From NCBI GenBank assembly GCA_017499595.2, contig CM039004.1, positions 744,001 through 808,000 on the forward strand: a stretch of DNA of 64,000 bases, written 5' to 3'. Source of the DNA: Psilocybe cubensis (Eukaryota). Position numbers and translations under genes: made by a program. Of this stretch, positions 62,132-64,000 are shown piece after piece (position 1 is the first letter of the stretch; each line of letters opens with the position of its first letter). The notes below the pieces were generated by a model that was not told the origin of the DNA, searched no databases, and saw nothing but the letters and a program-made list of their open reading frames with translations.

Positions 62132-64000
62132 ATGCCAGCCGACCGCCGCGAACCACACAGCGCCAGCCCCCGCAAAGCTCAAACTAACGCAAGACTTCAC
62201 CCCACATCTCCAGTATCTCCCGCACCACTCGCCTACCTCGCCGCCAAACACAACGCCCCCGCGAACCAGCGCTCAAAGGGCTTTCGCCCTGCGCGCGTTA
62301 TCGCGCCTCCCGTTACCGTCGAGGGAGAGCGTGATGGCTTGGGAGGTGCGGACGCAGAGGGTGAGTGGGATGGGGATGGGGAGGGGAGGGGGAGTGGGGA
62401 TGAAGGATATGCGAGAGGAGGAGGAGGGGGCAGAAGAAGAGGGGGAGCAGGGGAGAGCGACTCGGACTCGGACTCAGATGTGGAGAGTGTGAATGAGATC
62501 GACGCGTTTGAGACAGAGACGGAGGAAGTTGACTATCTACAGCAGCACAATGAAGAGGATGAGGAGGAAGCAAGAGACATGCACGATTCAGAATCAAAAG
62601 CCCGATATGAGCATGAACCCGCCAGTCCTCCCGCCGCCGCCGCCGCAGCAGCAGCAGCAGCACCTCGACAAGGGACGCAGTCCAACACGACACCCAAACC
62701 CATCAAGTTCCGGCCCTTACGCATCCTCGCACGGCCCACAACGCCCGAGCCCAACCCACATACTGAAGAGCGGGGGTCCTCTGACTCTGGTTCGTCTCAC
62801 GAGGACTCCTATGAGGATGACGAGGACGAAGACGACTATTCGGACTACGAAGGCAGCGAACGGAGAAGGAGGAGGAGGCGCTTGGACTCGGACTCGGACT
62901 CGGAAGTGTCCAGCGTGAATGAGGCGGAGGCGTGGGAGACGGATGATGTCGATGAGCAGTGGGAGTTGGAGTTGGAGTATGAGGCCATGGAGAGGGCCTA
63001 TTATGCTGAGATGGCTGAGATGGAGTGGGAGATGGAAAGGGAGATGGAAAGGGAGATGGAAATCCCTCCAGAAGAACCAGAACCAGAGCTAGCGTCGAAC
63101 CTCGGAGACGACGACGACGACGACGACGACACAGCGCGTCTCGCAGAGGTAGAAGCAAAAATCGACGCGCTGTTGAAAGAAAGAAACGCGATTCTAGCCG
63201 CGCGCGCCCGGGACGGAAAGAAGAAGAAGCAGGCGCCTAACACTTCCCCTGTCCCTGGCCCTAATCCTATCCTTATCTTTACTCTGGGGCCTGCACCTAC
63301 ACCTACACCTGCACCCGTACAGATACCCGTACGGACACCCAAAACGCCTACACCTACGGACCCCACCAACACCAACACCGACAAGGACACGGACCCCGCC
63401 GCGCTGGACGTCAAAGCCGAAAAATGGGTCGCGTATCACGCAACGCTGGTGCAGAAATACGGGGATCAGTATCCCGGTTCGTACTCCTCTCTCCTCTAAG
63501 GTCTCTTTCTCCTTCTTGCGTATATGAAAACCTCTGTCTGTCCATGTACTTATCGCCTTACCATTTATATTTCCCTCTTACCAGCAAGCAAGAGCGAGAA
63601 CAAGATCCACCAGATCCTGCGCTACTTCGACAAGTGAGTGACTTTCCTCCAAACACACACAGAGCATCGATCATGGTTCATGGTTCACCTCCTTCCCGTC
63701 CTGCTTAATCTGACCAACTTCCAACCTCGTCAGCATGACAGAGTACGGACCATGCAGTACAACTTCAACGCGTCTTGAGCGGTGGGAGCGGGCGCGGGAT
63801 ATAGGGTTGAATCCTCCGATGGAGGTACGTACGTCTGTCTGTCTTGTGTCCAGTGTCCAGAGCCCACTCCACTTTGCACTTTCCATCGCGCGGTTGCTGA
63901 CTGGATCGGAATAACAGATCTTCGAGATCCTCAACACAGTACAGGGAAAAACGGACGAGAGATATGCTATGTCCGTGTTCAACCTGAAAGCCAAAGCGAA
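62132..64000 (+). CDS. Second POLD4/Cdm1-domain protein with a long acidic N-terminus; runs off the window
   Basis: A long first exon, then spliced ENKIHQILRYFD|NMTEYGPCSTTSTRLERWERARDIGLNPPME|IFEILNTVQG, with the same intron positions as the 54503-56076 gene. Confidence 0.8.

Overview
Intron-rich fungal DNA, most likely an agaricomycete basidiomycete (judged from short GT-AG introns with CTAAC/CTGAC branch points and from the gene and TE families present). Positions 1-37,000 are a nest of mobile elements and 37,000-64,000 are mostly host genes. The main finding is a giant cargo-carrying DNA transposon at 9472-35562 (26,091 bp, about 17.4 kb without its two nested LINE insertions). It has 19-bp CATCTGTAAACT(C/G)TGATTT terminal inverted repeats and a 2-bp CT target duplication, and it splits a DIRS/Ngaro tyrosine recombinase gene that rejoins exactly in frame (HLDL|AVPLD). 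It carries a Plavaka-type transposase pseudogene, an intron-containing captured fragment of the chromatin gene EPL1, a roughly 950-aa unknown protein, a DUF6532-like gene, small genes and an array of palindromic 25-bp sites. Three more CATC-N3/4-AAAC ends lie nearby, including a 1,184-bp non-autonomous element with a CA target duplication and a probable second giant element with the same divergent gene layout. Other mobile DNA: a 2.77-kb foldback element, a full-length L1-like LINE whose ORF1 appears to contain a spliceosomal intron, a 367-bp internally deleted LINE, and an intact young copia element. Host genes: four tandem RING/coiled-coil paralogs, a DUF4436-like membrane protein, two POLD4/Cdm1-domain paralogs, a UBL-WLM (Wss1-like) protease and a nitronate monooxygenase. 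Family names come from motifs recognised by eye, not from database searches.
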